Shown here piece after piece: positions 49,384 through 62,700 of a stretch of 64,000 bases of DNA. The notes under the pieces are model-generated. The model made no database searches and was not told the origin of the DNA. It was given only the letters and a program-made list of their open reading frames with translations. The DNA lies in NCBI GenBank assembly GCA_963924565.1, contig OZ004609.1:5022001-5086000 (forward strand), given 5' to 3'. The first letter of the stretch is position 1, and every line of letters begins with the position of its first letter. Origin of the DNA: Ascidiella aspersa (Eukaryota). Position numbers and translations under genes: made by a program.

Positions 49384-50793
49384 ATTCAAAAATTATTCTT
49401 GCCTCTTCTTAACCAACGAGATTGCAAACCGTGCTCAAAATGCGTCCGATTCTCTCGGTATCCACCCGATGACGATGCAACACAACGCCATCCAAAAGCA
49501 CACAAAGTTGTCACGCAGCGCTAGAAAAACTGAGACTTCGAAATTCACACTAAGTCCTGTAGCTGACCCGAACGGCGATTCCCGCGGACAAACGCAGAAG
49601 TCCGGTACAAAGGGTGTACAATAATTAAATTTGTGACAATCTGTATGTATATCTTCTGGTAAGTAAGAAAAGTACAAATCCTACATCTGCCTGTGTCTGT
49701 TTTTAAAGTTCGATAATAATAATCGGCTGCCGGACAAATAGCGCCTTACCATCACACGCGGTGGAAAAATTCATCACAGAAAAAGAGTGTGCACCTTTTT
49801 AGCCACCTTTGCCGCACATTAAATGCAGATTAAGTGTACATTTGGTGCAAATATCGCGCACATATAACATCATTGTGCGCACAATGTGCACATTTTGGTT
49901 TTGAGCCCGTCTTCCGCTGCAGCTGCTTGTGTTTTAATGATTTTTTTATTCCTGTAAATAATTTGTCTTCGTATTAACTAGTGAGAATTAACAAGAAATC
50001 TAGAAAGTTCAACAGGCCACTTCCGAGGTCCCGGCGGGCCGCGGGTTGGACGCCCCTGCCCTATTATACCACAACAACATTCACTGCAAGCAGTTTTTCT
50101 TTGATGCTATGAAATACATACAAACAGTGAAATCTCATTGAAAAAAAAACAAATCAATTCAAAGACTAGGTTATTTACACGTTTTTTAATACCGTATATT
50201 TTGCTCTAATGAAGATATAATACTGTTAAAATGACTTTGAATATAATTAAACGATAAATTAAAAAAAAATGAAAGATCAGTTTCAAAAAGCTGACTAGAA
50301 ATTTAAATAAAATCACGAAAGAAATGAAATCAGAACACTGAACTGTGATGTGTTGACCACTGATGCACTGCTACTGTGTGCGGAGGCTCAAAAACATAAA
50401 TTGGGTTGGTGAATTAATAAAAACAGTTTGTCTGTGGTAAACATCCGGTTTTGTATGTAACATTACTTAATGAATTTGTGCTTGGTTTGATTTATTTCTC
50501 TTTTGCCCCTTAAAAGGACATGTTCTGTGTTACAAAAGCTCGAAAACAGCTCAACAGCAAAGTGAAAATTACATTAAAAACTCTATAGGCTTCCCATCCA
50601 AGTTAACAGGTAAAGATTTACAAATGACAAAATTAATGTTTTGCAGCCATTAAGACAAACCTAGATATTCAAAAATATACTGAGCTACATGTTTCTTAAA
50701 AATCTATGTTCCCGAATCAAGAAATTAATTTCCTTGTTTACTTTTTTACAATAGCATTTATTATTTTTTTACACCACCCATTTTTCTATATAG

Positions 50794-51226
50794 TCGGACA
50801 AGCAGTGTTGCTGGAAGACTGCCTAAAAGTTTAAAAAGAGACGCCAACAACAGAGTACAGCAGTACAACGATTTAGCTACCAAGTCCTCCTCAACCAACG
50901 CTCATACTGCTTATTATCTGTGGTTGCGCGCAAAAGAAGAAGAGAACTTTGTTATTGCGGACACGAATAGAGCAATTAGTTTTTATTGCAATCAAATTCG
51001 AATTTGTCAATCATTTATTCCTGGACTTCGTGATGGCGAGCTGTCATTTTTTCACACACATGTCTATTTTTTGCAGACCAACCTTCAAAGTTTGGTAGAT
51101 ATGTTTAGGGCAAACAATGAAGTGAGTGGATTAATAACGTCTACAATTCATTTGGATGACTACTCACTTTATTCCAATTTTCAGGATAACCGAAGTGACA
51201 GCGACAACGATTTGTCAGTCTGTTAA
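50794..51226 (+). pseudogene. Probable last exon of a KDZ (Kyakuja-like) transposase
   Basis: Frame is open from a TATATAG acceptor: SVAGRLPKSLKRDANNRVQQYNDL..LRAKEEENFVIADTNRAISFY, acidic tail, AATAAA at ~51257. Confidence 0.4.
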
Positions 51227-51559
51227 ATTACAAATAGTTTATCTTATTGTTTCTGTAATAAATACATACACAATTGAGTTGAAAAGCCTTGCCTAAATGG
51301 TTTACTTAAAATGTACGTGATACGTGTAATTGTGTATTTTTGTACAGTAAGCTAGTACTTCGCGTCAAGGACGTATTCAAGTCAGTATCTGGCCACCCTG
51401 GTAGGAGACCAGCGCCAAATTTGTAAAAAAGTTCTATTTTTTTGTGAAACAGGCATATTTAACAAAAAAAAACTACTAAACCCCACCAACATTTATTAAT
51501 ACGATCTAATCGAGGGAGATTATATCCTGGGATAGAAAAATATAATTTCACCGAAGTCA

Positions 51560-52970
51560 AAACGCTTCGGTTAGTTTCTTGACGAATCGGATACACAACA
51601 GAAGCGCAGAAGACGCTCCAGCATGAGGTAGGTAGTATACCCCACCTTGTTTCCATATCTAGAATTGCCTGAAGGCCACACCTTAAATTGAGGCTAAGTT
51701 GGCGTTCGTAGTTTTTTCACGACAACTCGTACCCTGTTTAAGAGTAGTGCGGTCGGCTCGCCGTTCAAGGCATCATCCCTTATCCCCAACTGTAAAGTGT
51801 GTATTATTACACAACGCATGTGATAGATTTTGCACTCGAGCCCAGTGTCCAAGGCTTCTTCTTCTTCGGGTTCGTCACCGTCCTCATTTAAAAGCTGCAC
51901 CGCCTTCGTCATGTTTGAAGCGTTGTCGACGACAACTGCTTTAAGCTAACTTTGTATTAAAAAAACATCGTCTATGAGCGTTAAACTTCTTTATGTTTAC
52001 GACTAACCGTTCGATTATAACGTCACAATGCACCAAATGTGGCGTGATGTCTGCTGTGTAAGGCATAAAAGTTACAAAATAAACACATACGTATTTTGTA
52101 CGGCTAAAAATCAAGCTCAAGGCAAAACTAGTGTTTATAACACTTTTGGGTATTGGCTGAAAAGTAACTTAAAATAGCAGACATTATTGTATTCGCACGA
52201 CTGACCTGAGCTTTGCTTAAAGAAAAGAGGTGCATGGTTGCCTCGATCATGTCCTTCGTGTCTCGTCCAGTGTGTTTGCCTTCCCAGTCGCGTATAGACA
52301 GCGTTTTAATTTTTACTTTATTATCATCCCCAATGTACTGCCCCCCTGCACATTTACGGCAAAGTAATTATTTTTTTGGCGGGTGCATCCATCAACTTTA
52401 AGAAAAACCAGCCTTCCACGCAACTCGACTTTTAACTCTTGGATTCTTGCGCTGGCTTCGCCGGTGATGAGATACCTAATGGCATCTCGATCGATAGCAA
52501 CTCCCAGCTTCTGTGCCATGTCTCCCACAAGACCCTTGAACCCGGGACTCGAGAATGTCACCTGAGCAATGAAAAGAGTTAAATTTAGGGTTTCATCCTT
52601 TTCGGTTAAAATTTACAGTTCAAAAAAGAAAAATTACTTCTTACCAGCGGTAGACCGTTCTTCACTGGTAAACTTATTATGTGTTTCTTCATTTGCTGTC
52701 ATCCATGTTTAAATGTTTATTTTCATAAAACGACGTCAGCTTAGCTTGCGTCTCCACGGCACTGCTCTGCATGGTGTTTTTTCTCTTGATATGTCTCTTT
52801 AAATTTGAGCAGACGTTGCTGGCTGCTGGCACATGAAATGCTAACTTTGGTACCGCAGCCAACAACGTCGCACATCAATTTGTCCTTGTCTTCGCATTTT
52901 TTTAAAGTAGTGGTTGTAAACAGCACTGGATTTTCCAGGCCCTTTTCTTTTTTCAGTCATCGGTCCTAAT
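51560..52970 (-). pseudogene. hAT transposase remnant
   Basis: BED-like LMCDVVGCG; FSSPGFKGLV..ELRGRLVFLKVDGCTRQ..YFAVNVQ; HMRC..HTLQLGIRD; RVVVKKLRTP; ETRWG. Confidence 0.85.
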
Positions 52971-53179
52971 TTAACAATTAAATAAGATAACAGTCAACGG
53001 TACTTTATTGTTGCAAGACGACGTCAAACACCTGGGCTGGACTTGCTCCAAAAACCACGCTATAAACAATGCCCCTGATTTCAGCAATATCATTCCCAAA
53101 CAACGACAATTAGAAACACGAAAACTTCAATTTAAGCGTGATGGTAGTTAATGTGCGATGTTTTCAGTTACGAAATTGC

Positions 53180-54150
53180 TACTGCGTAAAGTGTACGTCG
53201 GGACTCGGGTAGATTTTAATAGTCTTAACAAACCGACTCCGCAGCCCTGTGGGAAATCGAGCAGGAAGCATAAATTTTCCAAAAAAGTTAAATCTGAACA
53301 TCGCTAGTGAGTGTATGTTGTTGTCCTTGTTACAGTGGCAAAAACATCTGTTGATCCTGCGTTGGCCGTTTCCTGTTGTTGTTATTTCCTCTTGCTTTTC
53401 TGAATTCTTCCCATTTAAAGGCTTTGTCGACGATGAGAAATGAAATTTCACGCTCGTTGTTTTTGTTCCTTGTTGTTTAGATGATGAACGTGTGTTCCCA
53501 TTTTATTGTTTCTTGGTTCATTTTGATTTCAACTTTCATCGCTTTTTTTTAAAACCAGTTCGTTATATATTTGCTTTCATTGTATTTTGCCACCAGTCGA
53601 ATTCTTTATTTGTTTTATCGATTTCGTTTAATAGCGCCCAACCATGTTCTGTTTGGTTGGGGAGCTTTGGGGTAGTGGTTTCCCCATATGTTTGGAATGA
53701 TCTGTCTTCTTTTAATTCCGATCTGGTACATGATTGTACCACGCGTGAAGCTGCGATTTTTGATTATCTGTGAAACATTAGGGGGCCTTGATTATGTTGA
53801 TTCTTCCGTAAATTTTTGTATTTGTTCCGAATTGCTTGTATTTTTTATTTTTAGCTTTGGTCCAGTTTATTTGGATGAGTTCGTTTTTATTTCTTCACGG
53901 ATGTGGGTTGGGCAGATTTCCTTTAGTTGCGTCTTAATCATCCTGTATTTGGACGTTAAGCGTCAGCTGTATCTGGTAATCCTGCGTGTTACCTTTTAAG
54001 GGGCTTCGTGGGTCCGTCCATTTATGGTTGGTGGGCGATCTGATCTTTCGGGTGCGCGTAAAAGGGGATGGTTGCGTTACGTGTCTGGTGGGTTCATATA
54101 TGAGTGAAAGACGAAAGAGGAACAGAGGGTAGTTCGAGAAAAAAAGGGGG
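53180..54150 (-). mobile_element. Possible 5' UTR/ORF1 relic of an L1/Tx1-like LINE
   Basis: Strong A/C skew on the minus strand like the Tx1 fragments downstream, and a pyrimidine-rich leader. No diagnostic motif. Confidence 0.25.
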
Positions 54151-54599
54151 ACGGGGAATTCGAGCAGGCGAACACAAAATATTGCTACTGAATTTATAGC
54201 AAATCTCGATTGTATTAACTTACTAGAAGGGCAAGATTTTTCTGCAGTCTCTTCTGCACAGAGATTATTAGCCTTAATAACAAAGATTTGTTAATTATAT
54301 TATTTATTTACAAGCATTACAAAAAAATGATCTTACTTGCGCATTTGGTCTTGTGGAAAACAGAGCACGATCTGAACTGTCTGTGATCTTGACACTTTAA
54401 ATTTTGTTGTAGATTTGTTTCAGGTTCATCCATTTTTCTCTTAGCTGTACACCCATGTGCAACGGTAAAGTTAAAATGCTACAAAAGCTAAATATTTTAT
54501 TCTTAAATCATTTACTCAGAAATTAAAATAATGCAAACAAAAAAATGCTTGCCAAATAAACAAACCTAGTGTCTGTTGCCATGCGGGGCTACATCTTTG

Positions 54600-56822
54600 T
54601 GTTGATCCGACAAATACAAAATAATTCTTCCATAAGTTGAGTTGGCCTCCTTACTCTGGAGGTTGACAAATTCGGAAAAGTCTAAAAACGCTGCAACTCG
54701 GCGGTTGTATTTTGTACTTGTAGAGAAAAGGTCACCCATCGCTCCTGCAATTTAGTTGGCAATTTTGCCGCTATGGCCGTTATAAAGCCAACATAATCGA
54801 CTGTAGAGGCGCCGCGTATTTTTGCTCAAGTGCTGCGCAGCAGTTGGTTAGAAGGACGGCGAATTTCTTTAGACCTTCGGCGTCGTTAGCAACTAGCTTT
54901 CGTTGTTCGTAAGGCTTTCACAGCGACGAGCTAGGTAGCGGTTGTATAAATCTTGTAGAGTACTTTCGAAAGCATATAGATAGTTAAGTCAAACGAATCG
55001 ACCTTCCTGCCAATATGTATGGTGTATCGATTGATGAAGCTCCAATAGTCCATCGGATCGCCGTCGAATTTCTCCACTATAGGTTTCGGTAGAAATCGTT
55101 CGCTCACTTCACCTCTGCAACAATGATTCGTGTGATCACGTGGGCGTGACCCCGTATTGTACAAGCTTTTCGATGGGTTTTGAAGGTGTCGGGGTTCACT
55201 CGGAGGACTATAACGAAAAGTGTCGACGGTCGGGTGAAATGTGGTCGAGCGTGTTGGGTCACGTTGTGGAAATCCGGTGCGTGCTTGTTGTAGTGAAAAC
55301 TGGAACTGTCGACCATTCTGACGTCGTAATTTTTTTGCGGAGTTATAGAACCTGAAAAGTTGCGCTGCGAAAGGCCTCTTCGGCGAGTTGAACCACAGTT
55401 TGACTCCGCAGCTTCTTTTCTTGACACTGGAGGGTTAATCGGATTTATGGAATCCGAATAGTAGTTACATAGAGAGCCCTCTTCGACGACTAGAGCCGCA
55501 GTTCGATTCCTCCTCATCGCAGCCAGCTTCTAGCTCCGATAGCTCGTGGCGATGAGGTAAACTTTCTTGAAACTCAAGCTCTAATGCCTCTCGTTCACGT
55601 TGGGTCTTCCGCTCAGCCGCTCTATTAGCCTCCTCGTTCCGACGCGGGCCTCTTCCTTTGCTTCTTCTGCCTGTCGCTGAAGTTGTCTCTCGGCGGCTTG
55701 CTTTTGCGATGCGAGACGTTCCTCTTCATGTACCTAGTAAGGCGTGCCATTTCCAACCTTTTTCGGCTCTCCCGCTGTCGAGTGCTGCTCTGCCTCGAGG
55801 ATGCTTCGAGCTGCCTCATCAGCGGGGCTGTCAGGCAACGGCAACGGCAACGGCGTATGCGCTGGGCCTGCGGAAGAACTTCTCACTAGATCAAACCACT
55901 CTTGGACGTGCTTTTAAAGCCTTTGTAGAGCTGGATCCTGGCACGACTTGGTTGTCGAGGATACTGCCACATAGAGACATAAGGTGAAGGTATTTGGCGT
56001 TGACATATACGGTAACAACGAGATGACTGTAGGGCGACCTTCGGCTTGCTTCACATCTCACTTTCAACGTCTACGTACACGTGGTTTAGCGCTTGCCATG
56101 CGACAATAATGGGATCCATGGTGGTGTATGAGCATAGTGCTGTTTGTAGGCAACAATGGAGAACAAACAATATGACGTATCCAAGAAACAAAGCCTCGGG
56201 TCAGAGCGTAGAACAGAATGCAATGAAAAACTTGATGCTGCAGGCACGATGCGTTGTGACACAAGACGACGGACGTTGTGCTTTACTACAAGGGAAACTA
56301 TGAGCGCAAATGGCACAACGTGCTGAACTTGAGCGTGTCGAAAGCACTTACGCCGCACTGTGGTGCAACGTGACAACGGGAGTCGAAGGCACTTCTTGCC
56401 GAGCGACGATAAATTCGTACGCTGCACTGCGATGCAACGGGACAACAGGGTTCGCTGGCAGTTTTTGCCAAGCGACGATAGATTCGTACGCTGCACTTTG
56501 GTGCAACGGGGCAACGGGAGAGTCGCAGGCACTTCTTGCCGAGCGACGATAAATTCGTACGCTGCACTGCGATGCAACGGGACAACAGGGTTCGCAAGCA
56601 CTTCTTGCCAAGCGACGATAATTCGTACGCTGCACTTCGGTGCAACGGGACAGCAGGAGTCGCAGGCACTTCTTGCCGGGCGACGATACTTCGTACGATG
56701 CACTTCTGTGCAACGGGACAACCTCACCAGCTCTGCAAGACGGGAGGGATACTTTGAAAACTTTTGTAGAAATCAAGCTTTGCAATACTCAGCACTTCTT
56801 TCTATTATTGCTTGCGTCTACA
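54600..56822 (-). mobile_element. Second BEL/Pao element: 5' LTR (56028-56822) plus decayed gag; 3'-truncated
   Basis: TGTAG...CTACA termini; E/R-rich gag region; FLPKPIVEKFDGDPMDYWSFINRY (DUF1759-like); QELPTKLQERW. Confidence 0.78.
56343..56722. repeat. GC-rich minisatellite, ~68-71-bp units, ~5.5 copies, inside the BEL LTR
   Basis: Unit GGCACTTCTTGCCGAGCGACGATAAATTCGTACGCTGCACTGCGATGCAACGGGACAACAGGGTTCGC, with alternating variants. Confidence 0.93.
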
Positions 56823-57049
56823 AGGACAATAGCGAACGTACAATTTTCGCACGGTACAAAGCAAAACAGTAGAGAAATCGGTGCAGGTTTTCTGTAAGGC
56901 GAAAAAGGAAATTGTTAGCGCACAATACTTCATATATAAACAAAAAGGTTGCGAAAAATAAAGATACCAAAGGTTGATGTCTGGCGTGTATAGTGTCTTC
57001 AGTAATATGCTGGTGATGACTTTCACCAAGCACCGCAAAACAAAAGCTT

Positions 57050-58810
57050 TATACAGCAACTAAATTACCCTCAAAGGCTAGAAGAAGCTATTGCATAGCA
57101 TTGCATTAGAAGCGCGCACTACCACGCCTAATTAAGTGAGATCTAGTGGAACACATAATGTTTGTGTATGCACCATTCATGAAATGTTAAGCTGATGATT
57201 GAAGGCGGACGTTTATGGAAAATATTTGGAAGTGATAAACAACAAACCTGCATATACAAAGACTTTTTGTGTATAATTACTTGTAATCCTTCAACAACAA
57301 ACTGCCACCTCAATAAATGCCAACATTGTAAAACAAATATTGTGAAACTGGAAGAAACTCTTAAGAAATATTTTGAAGATGAAGGAATTGATCAAATAAC
57401 TTCAAAATTGTGGTTGACAGTGGACCGAACACATTAGAAACAGTAATTAAAAACTTAGATGACTTTGTTACAACATATTTGGAAAAACTAGTTTGCAACA
57501 TGACTTCATCGCCAAACAACAATCACTTTATTTGAAAAAATTAAAAGAAAGTATTATCTGAAACCGCAATAATAATTGCAGACTTTGCAGAAAATTATTC
57601 TTTTATTCTCCAAGATGCTGGTCAAGGCTTTCATTGAACCAATTCACAGGCAACAATCCACCCATTTATAGTTTATCACAAATTTGAAACAGAAGCAGAC
57701 AAAACGCCCAACCTTAAACATGAAAACTTCGTCATGACACTAATAATAATAATACAGTTCATTGCTTTCAGCGAAAAGTCTTGAAGGGCATTTTTTGCAC
57801 ATGGCAAAGGACCATGTGACGGGTTGGGTGGGACTGTGAAAAGACTGGTTGCTCGGGCAAGTCTGCAGATACAAACCTCAAAAGAACTATATAATCGGGC
57901 CACAACAAATATCACAAATATTAACTTTTCATTTGTATTGGAAAAAGAAGTACCCTTTATTCCAGACAAATCTTGTCAGACTCACATCAAGGTTTTTGAA
58001 TTTTCTGCATCATTGGATTATCAGAAGGTCCTGGTTTGTGACATTGCCTACAAACAACTATTGCATTGGGATGAGCTAAGGGGGTTTGTTACCTGCAAAT
58101 ATAACACCTGCATTTTGGACCATTTGAAGGAATCAGATGAAGTGATGGTCACTTTTCTACATCCAGCTGGACCTTCCAGATCTTTTAAATATCCGAAAAA
58201 CAAAGATGAACTTGTGGTTCCTCGTGACAACATTTTGACTAAAGTTCATCCATCAACAGCGACTGGAAGAACTTATCAATTGACATGCAAAGAACAGCAA
58301 AATGCATCACATGTCTTGAATATGTAAAGCAAAAATAAAATACAGAAATGTTGAGTGAAATTTTTTTTCATACTTGCCATTTTATTAGGTCCACTGAAGA
58401 TAATAGGCAGTATGTAACAATGAAAACAAATATAACTCACAAGTGCCCATTTTAACGTTTACATTTTGTTCGATTTTTACCACAGAAGAGTTATGTTAGA
58501 TAATTATGCTCAAAATATCCTTTTTAGTCCTTTAAGGTGCAAAATTACCATTCTAAGGATGCATAACATTTTAATGTAGCTTTTGTACATATATGGCTGG
58601 TTTTATGTAGGAACAGCGCCCTCGAGTGGAAAATACGCATTTTATTTAAACCTAAATAACTTTGCAAATACACAACAGACTAGAATAAAATTTGGCACAC
58701 ATCTTCAAATAAAGGTCCTTTACATACATACATTCCTGGAATCTGAGAGTGTCATGTCAAAAAAGCAACTTTTTTGTGTTGATTTGACATGGTTTGACTA
58801 TGACCAACCC
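57050..58810 (+). mobile_element. Sola2 transposon remnant (transposase to 58327, candidate right terminus at 58810)
   Basis: SGTHNVCVCTIHE; CHLNKCQHC; HDFIAKQQS; ADFAENYSFILQDAGQGFH*TNSQATIHPF; HGKGPCDGLGGTVKRLVARASLQ; FLHPAGPSRSFKYP. End reads GTTGATTTGACATGG..TGACCAACCC. Confidence 0.85.
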
Positions 58811-60057
58811 AAAATGTAATTATGACAAAATTATGCAACTTGCAAATAACAAAAGCTTCTGTGTAATGAGAAATTTGCTGCTGTCTTTTTGGTGTTATAC
58901 GTGGTTCTATTGAAGTTTAGGATTTAAACGAGTTGTAGCCTACTTTTAAATAGTTGGGCCCAACTCTTGCAACAATGCGATGGACAAACTCCTTCAACAT
59001 CTTGCTTTTTGCAATTGAGATGACCGGCGGTTGAGAACCACTAATGTAGAGCCCTGCTTTAACGTAGTAAACGCGTTACGCCAAATTTCGGGCATTGTGA
59101 CGCGTAATACGAACGGTTAGTGGTAAACAACAAGTACGCCCACAAAAAATAATATTAAATACAACATAATGTGTGCAACCATGTAGTTAGCGCTAGTGAT
59201 GTTGTACACTGCAGCATGTAATAAAGAGAAAAATAATTCAAAAAGCTATGGCGGTAATACTGTACAACACACATGGGTTTAAAAATGCCTGAATGATACT
59301 TTGTGAAGATCCACTTCCCACATAAAATAGGCAAATTGAATAAAAATTTGGTTTTCTTTTAATATTTGATGTAACATATAAGAAATGAATTGCTGTTAAT
59401 GGGCTGAAAAGTTGTTTTGCAGCAGCTTCCAATTGTGGTAAATTTATTAAATAACTTCAACCATACAGCACTAAAATTAAAGCTCTATGCTACAACCAAT
59501 CCGTGTAATTGCTTCATAGGCTAGAAGGGAAGCTGAATCTCCCCCACCCACGAGACCCTAAACCGATGATTGCTTCTGGTGCTGCCTTGATTAGTGGTTG
59601 TTGTAATTCCACTTCTTGGGCAACGTTAAGCAGTTCGGCTATTACCTCACTTGTCAGTTCAATATTTGACATGTTAATAGACATAGAAAACTTTTTTTTT
59701 TGTTTTTAGAAAAATTCCTGCATTAACTGAAAGGCTGAATAAAATACGCAGGTCAACAAACGACATGAATACTCGTGTTACTCATGCGTGACGAGACCCA
59801 GTGAGCCTTCTATATAGTTAGTATTCTATGGTGAAACAAAAGTGACAAGCATAAATTAAATAATGATGTTAATATTTCAACTCAAGTTGTGGGTTGAGCA
59901 TTTTATAATATGGGGTTTAAATGATTAAAACTTTATTCGAGAGAAGAAAGAGAAAAAAAACAATAAATGCTTGCGCTGCCGCTGTTAAGGTCTTCAGAAT
60001 TGTCGACAAACTTGACCAATCGCTCTGGTGACAGCATGTTTACAAAAGACTTAAATT

Positions 60058-60645
60058 TCCGATAATTGGGACTTCCCGTTCCGAATTGGTGTGATAATAT
60101 TTAACGTATGATTCTTTAAGAGAACGGTATTCCAAGTGTATTTTTTTTGGACGATGTATTTATAGAGATGTTTGTTTTTTTGCTGTTTGGCGATTAATTA
60201 AGTTGAAGTTTGCATTTTTGGGTAGTTTTGGTTATACAATTTCCTGTTTATGTTTTTTGACTTGAAGCCGAGGTTATATCTGCTGGCCCATGAGTGCCAG
60301 AAATCGGAGATGGTCAAATTTTTGTAATATTTGAGCTGCTCGAGTTGAGCAGCTTCGATTTTGGCTCCCCACCTTCCTTTATTGGTGCGATTAATTTTTT
60401 CCTTGCTACGGGTTCCATAGAGAGTGGAAACCACAAAAAGCCAAATATGAGGGATTGAAACTGTTTAATATATGTTTGCCTCATCGTTAGAATTCTTGCT
60501 ACAAAGATACTTGTATCAGATTTATTTTGCCAAAGACCGAAAGGTTTCTATATTTGTGAATTTGGATTATTTTTTTAATTTTATCAATTTGTTTTGGCCA
60601 GTTTAGCTTTTCGTGGTCTCCACTTTCCCGGTAGAAGATGCCTAA
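60058..60645 (-). mobile_element. L1/Tx1 LINE ORF2 fragment, deleted paralog of 63238-63960
   Basis: High nucleotide similarity to 63238-63960; GAKIEAAQLEQLK. Confidence 0.85.
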
Positions 60646-61119
60646 AAAAAAACAAAGACCTAAACCAAAACACCACAATGGGAAGATAAATGGAAATCCA
60701 AGGACCTACAAAGCCCCAGACTAACTTTGTGAAAATTATGAGTGAGGTAGATCGTATCACTCGACTTTATCTTGTTTCACCCCTTTTCGAACTTTGTTTT
60801 AACACGTTTGTAACTTCTTTTCCTTAAAATAAACTAAGTAAAAAAAAGCCGATGATTTCGGCAAGACAACGACTGTCACAGCCAGCAAATAGGAAAAAAG
60901 GCCACTACTACTTAGACCAGAATTACACTGAAAACCGTTGTAACTTTTTAACATGAGCTAAACAAAGACTGCAAACAACCTCTGAACACAGGGCTGCTAC
61001 AGCCACTAAATTTGTACACTCCACAAACTAAAGAAAATTATTTGAAAAAATTGGAAAAACTCGCAATCGCAAAAAAAGCATCGCGCTCCCTTTGAAATCG
61101 GGTAGTTGGTTGCTGTAAT

Positions 61120-62700
61120 CTTTTTTTTATATTATTTATTGGTTAAGAACAGAAATGAAAATACAACGAACGACGAGGTGAACATGTAAAAACAAAATAA
61201 GGCGAGGCTATGACAGGTAGTGGGCGAAAGAGATTTGTTTCAGTTATGCAATAACAGTTGATTCATTGTACGTAGAATTACAGGTAGCGGGTACATATAC
61301 ATGTAATATTGCTATGACAGGTATTGTGTTAGCGAGTATACGAATATTGTACTAGGCGAAAGTCGTTTCAGTTATGCGGTAACAACGTAAAATTACAGGC
61401 AATGGGTACACACATACATGTAATATTCCAGGTGCTTGGTGTGCATTGTACGGGTGTATCGTCCGTCTGCCAGTTTTTCATACTATGGATTCACTAGTAT
61501 ATTTGGAGATGAAGATAGGTGTATGTAGCCAGCTTGGCAGTTTGTAGATAGCGTTGTTGCTACGCACGAGCATATACACAGTTGTCGCTTTAACTTTAAT
61601 GTTCAGTCTATTATTATGTTTTTTGAAGTGAAGGTAGTTTGTAGTTGGGCTATATTTTAAACCATAACCCTTGAACATATCCAGTTATGCTTTGGTTAAG
61701 GCGGGATGCCAGCCGGGGCTCTTAATTGTAACGGGATTTAAGAGTTTCGATTAAATTATATTGTCGGGGATTCGAAAGTGCCGGCGCTTTAGCTACTCGG
61801 CCAATAGAACGGTTAGTTAGTATTAGTAGTTTTTGCTTGCTTAAGCTTCGTTGAAATTCTGTTGGATTTTGATTATATAGGGTTGCATAGTAGTCGGGGA
61901 GGAATGTGTGTCCGTATTCGTTTATGGTTGTTTGGTTGAGGTTTGTAAAGATTTTGTTAGTGATGATGTTACAGTGGTTAAGAAGAATTAATGTTATCGT
62001 TGGGTCCATGACAAAAGTTTTTCTTTGTCCTGTTGATGTTCGGATTATGTTTCGTTAATTCCTGAAGTCGCCCCATTTGTAGCCTTGGTGAGCTGTTAGG
62101 TAAGATGCCTCTCTTTCTTGGTTGTTATAGATCTTTTTTGTTTTCTTTCGTTGAGAAATATATGTGGTTCCAGTTAATTGATTTTGTTCCATTTTTATGT
62201 CTGTCGATATTGCTTTTGTTGGATTAGTACGCCGTACGCGGTCCTCATTTTGTTATTTTTCTAAAAAAATTCTTCATGTTCTTGTTGGATTTTGTTTGTT
62301 TCATTTTGAATAGTGATTTCCGAAAAGGCGTGAAATTATGTTACAGATATGGTACGGCTGCGTTGGCGTGATCGTCTTTTTTAGATGCATTATTTTTTCC
62401 ATTTGGGCAGCTGCTATTTTTGTTTCGAGGTCTGGCATTTTCAGTCCTCCTTGGTTTTTTATTTTGTTTATTTCTTTTATTATTTTTTTATTCGGTGTGA
62501 TGATTCGTGCGATGTGGATGGTTTGGGCTATCATTAGTGTATTTATGATGTGTATTCTGCTGTAGATGGTTAGTTTTAGTTTGCTATATTTGTGTTTTGT
62601 TTTTGCTTTTGTCCAGTTAGTATTTATTAGTGAATATTGTAATATATGCCTAGAATTTCCGGTTGAATATTGTCCAATTTTGGGTCCAGTAGAAATAAGT
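61120..62700 (-). mobile_element. L1/Tx1 LINE 3' portion (post-RT region, 3' UTR with internal duplication, A-rich end)
   Basis: KLTIYSRIHIINTLMIAQTIHIA..KNQGGLKMPDLETKIAA. The UTR block TTACAGG..GGGTACA..TACATGTAATATT is repeated at ~61279 and ~61394. Confidence 0.7.

Noticed and set aside
56343-56722. CRISPR array or tRNA cluster
   Set aside because: Whole units are repeated with no unique spacers and no cas genes, in a eukaryotic context. No acceptor stem or 7-nt T-loop for tRNA.
56086-56872. Many overlapping 70-213-aa Cys/Arg-rich ORFs
   Set aside because: By-product of a stop-poor GC-rich minisatellite open in all frames.
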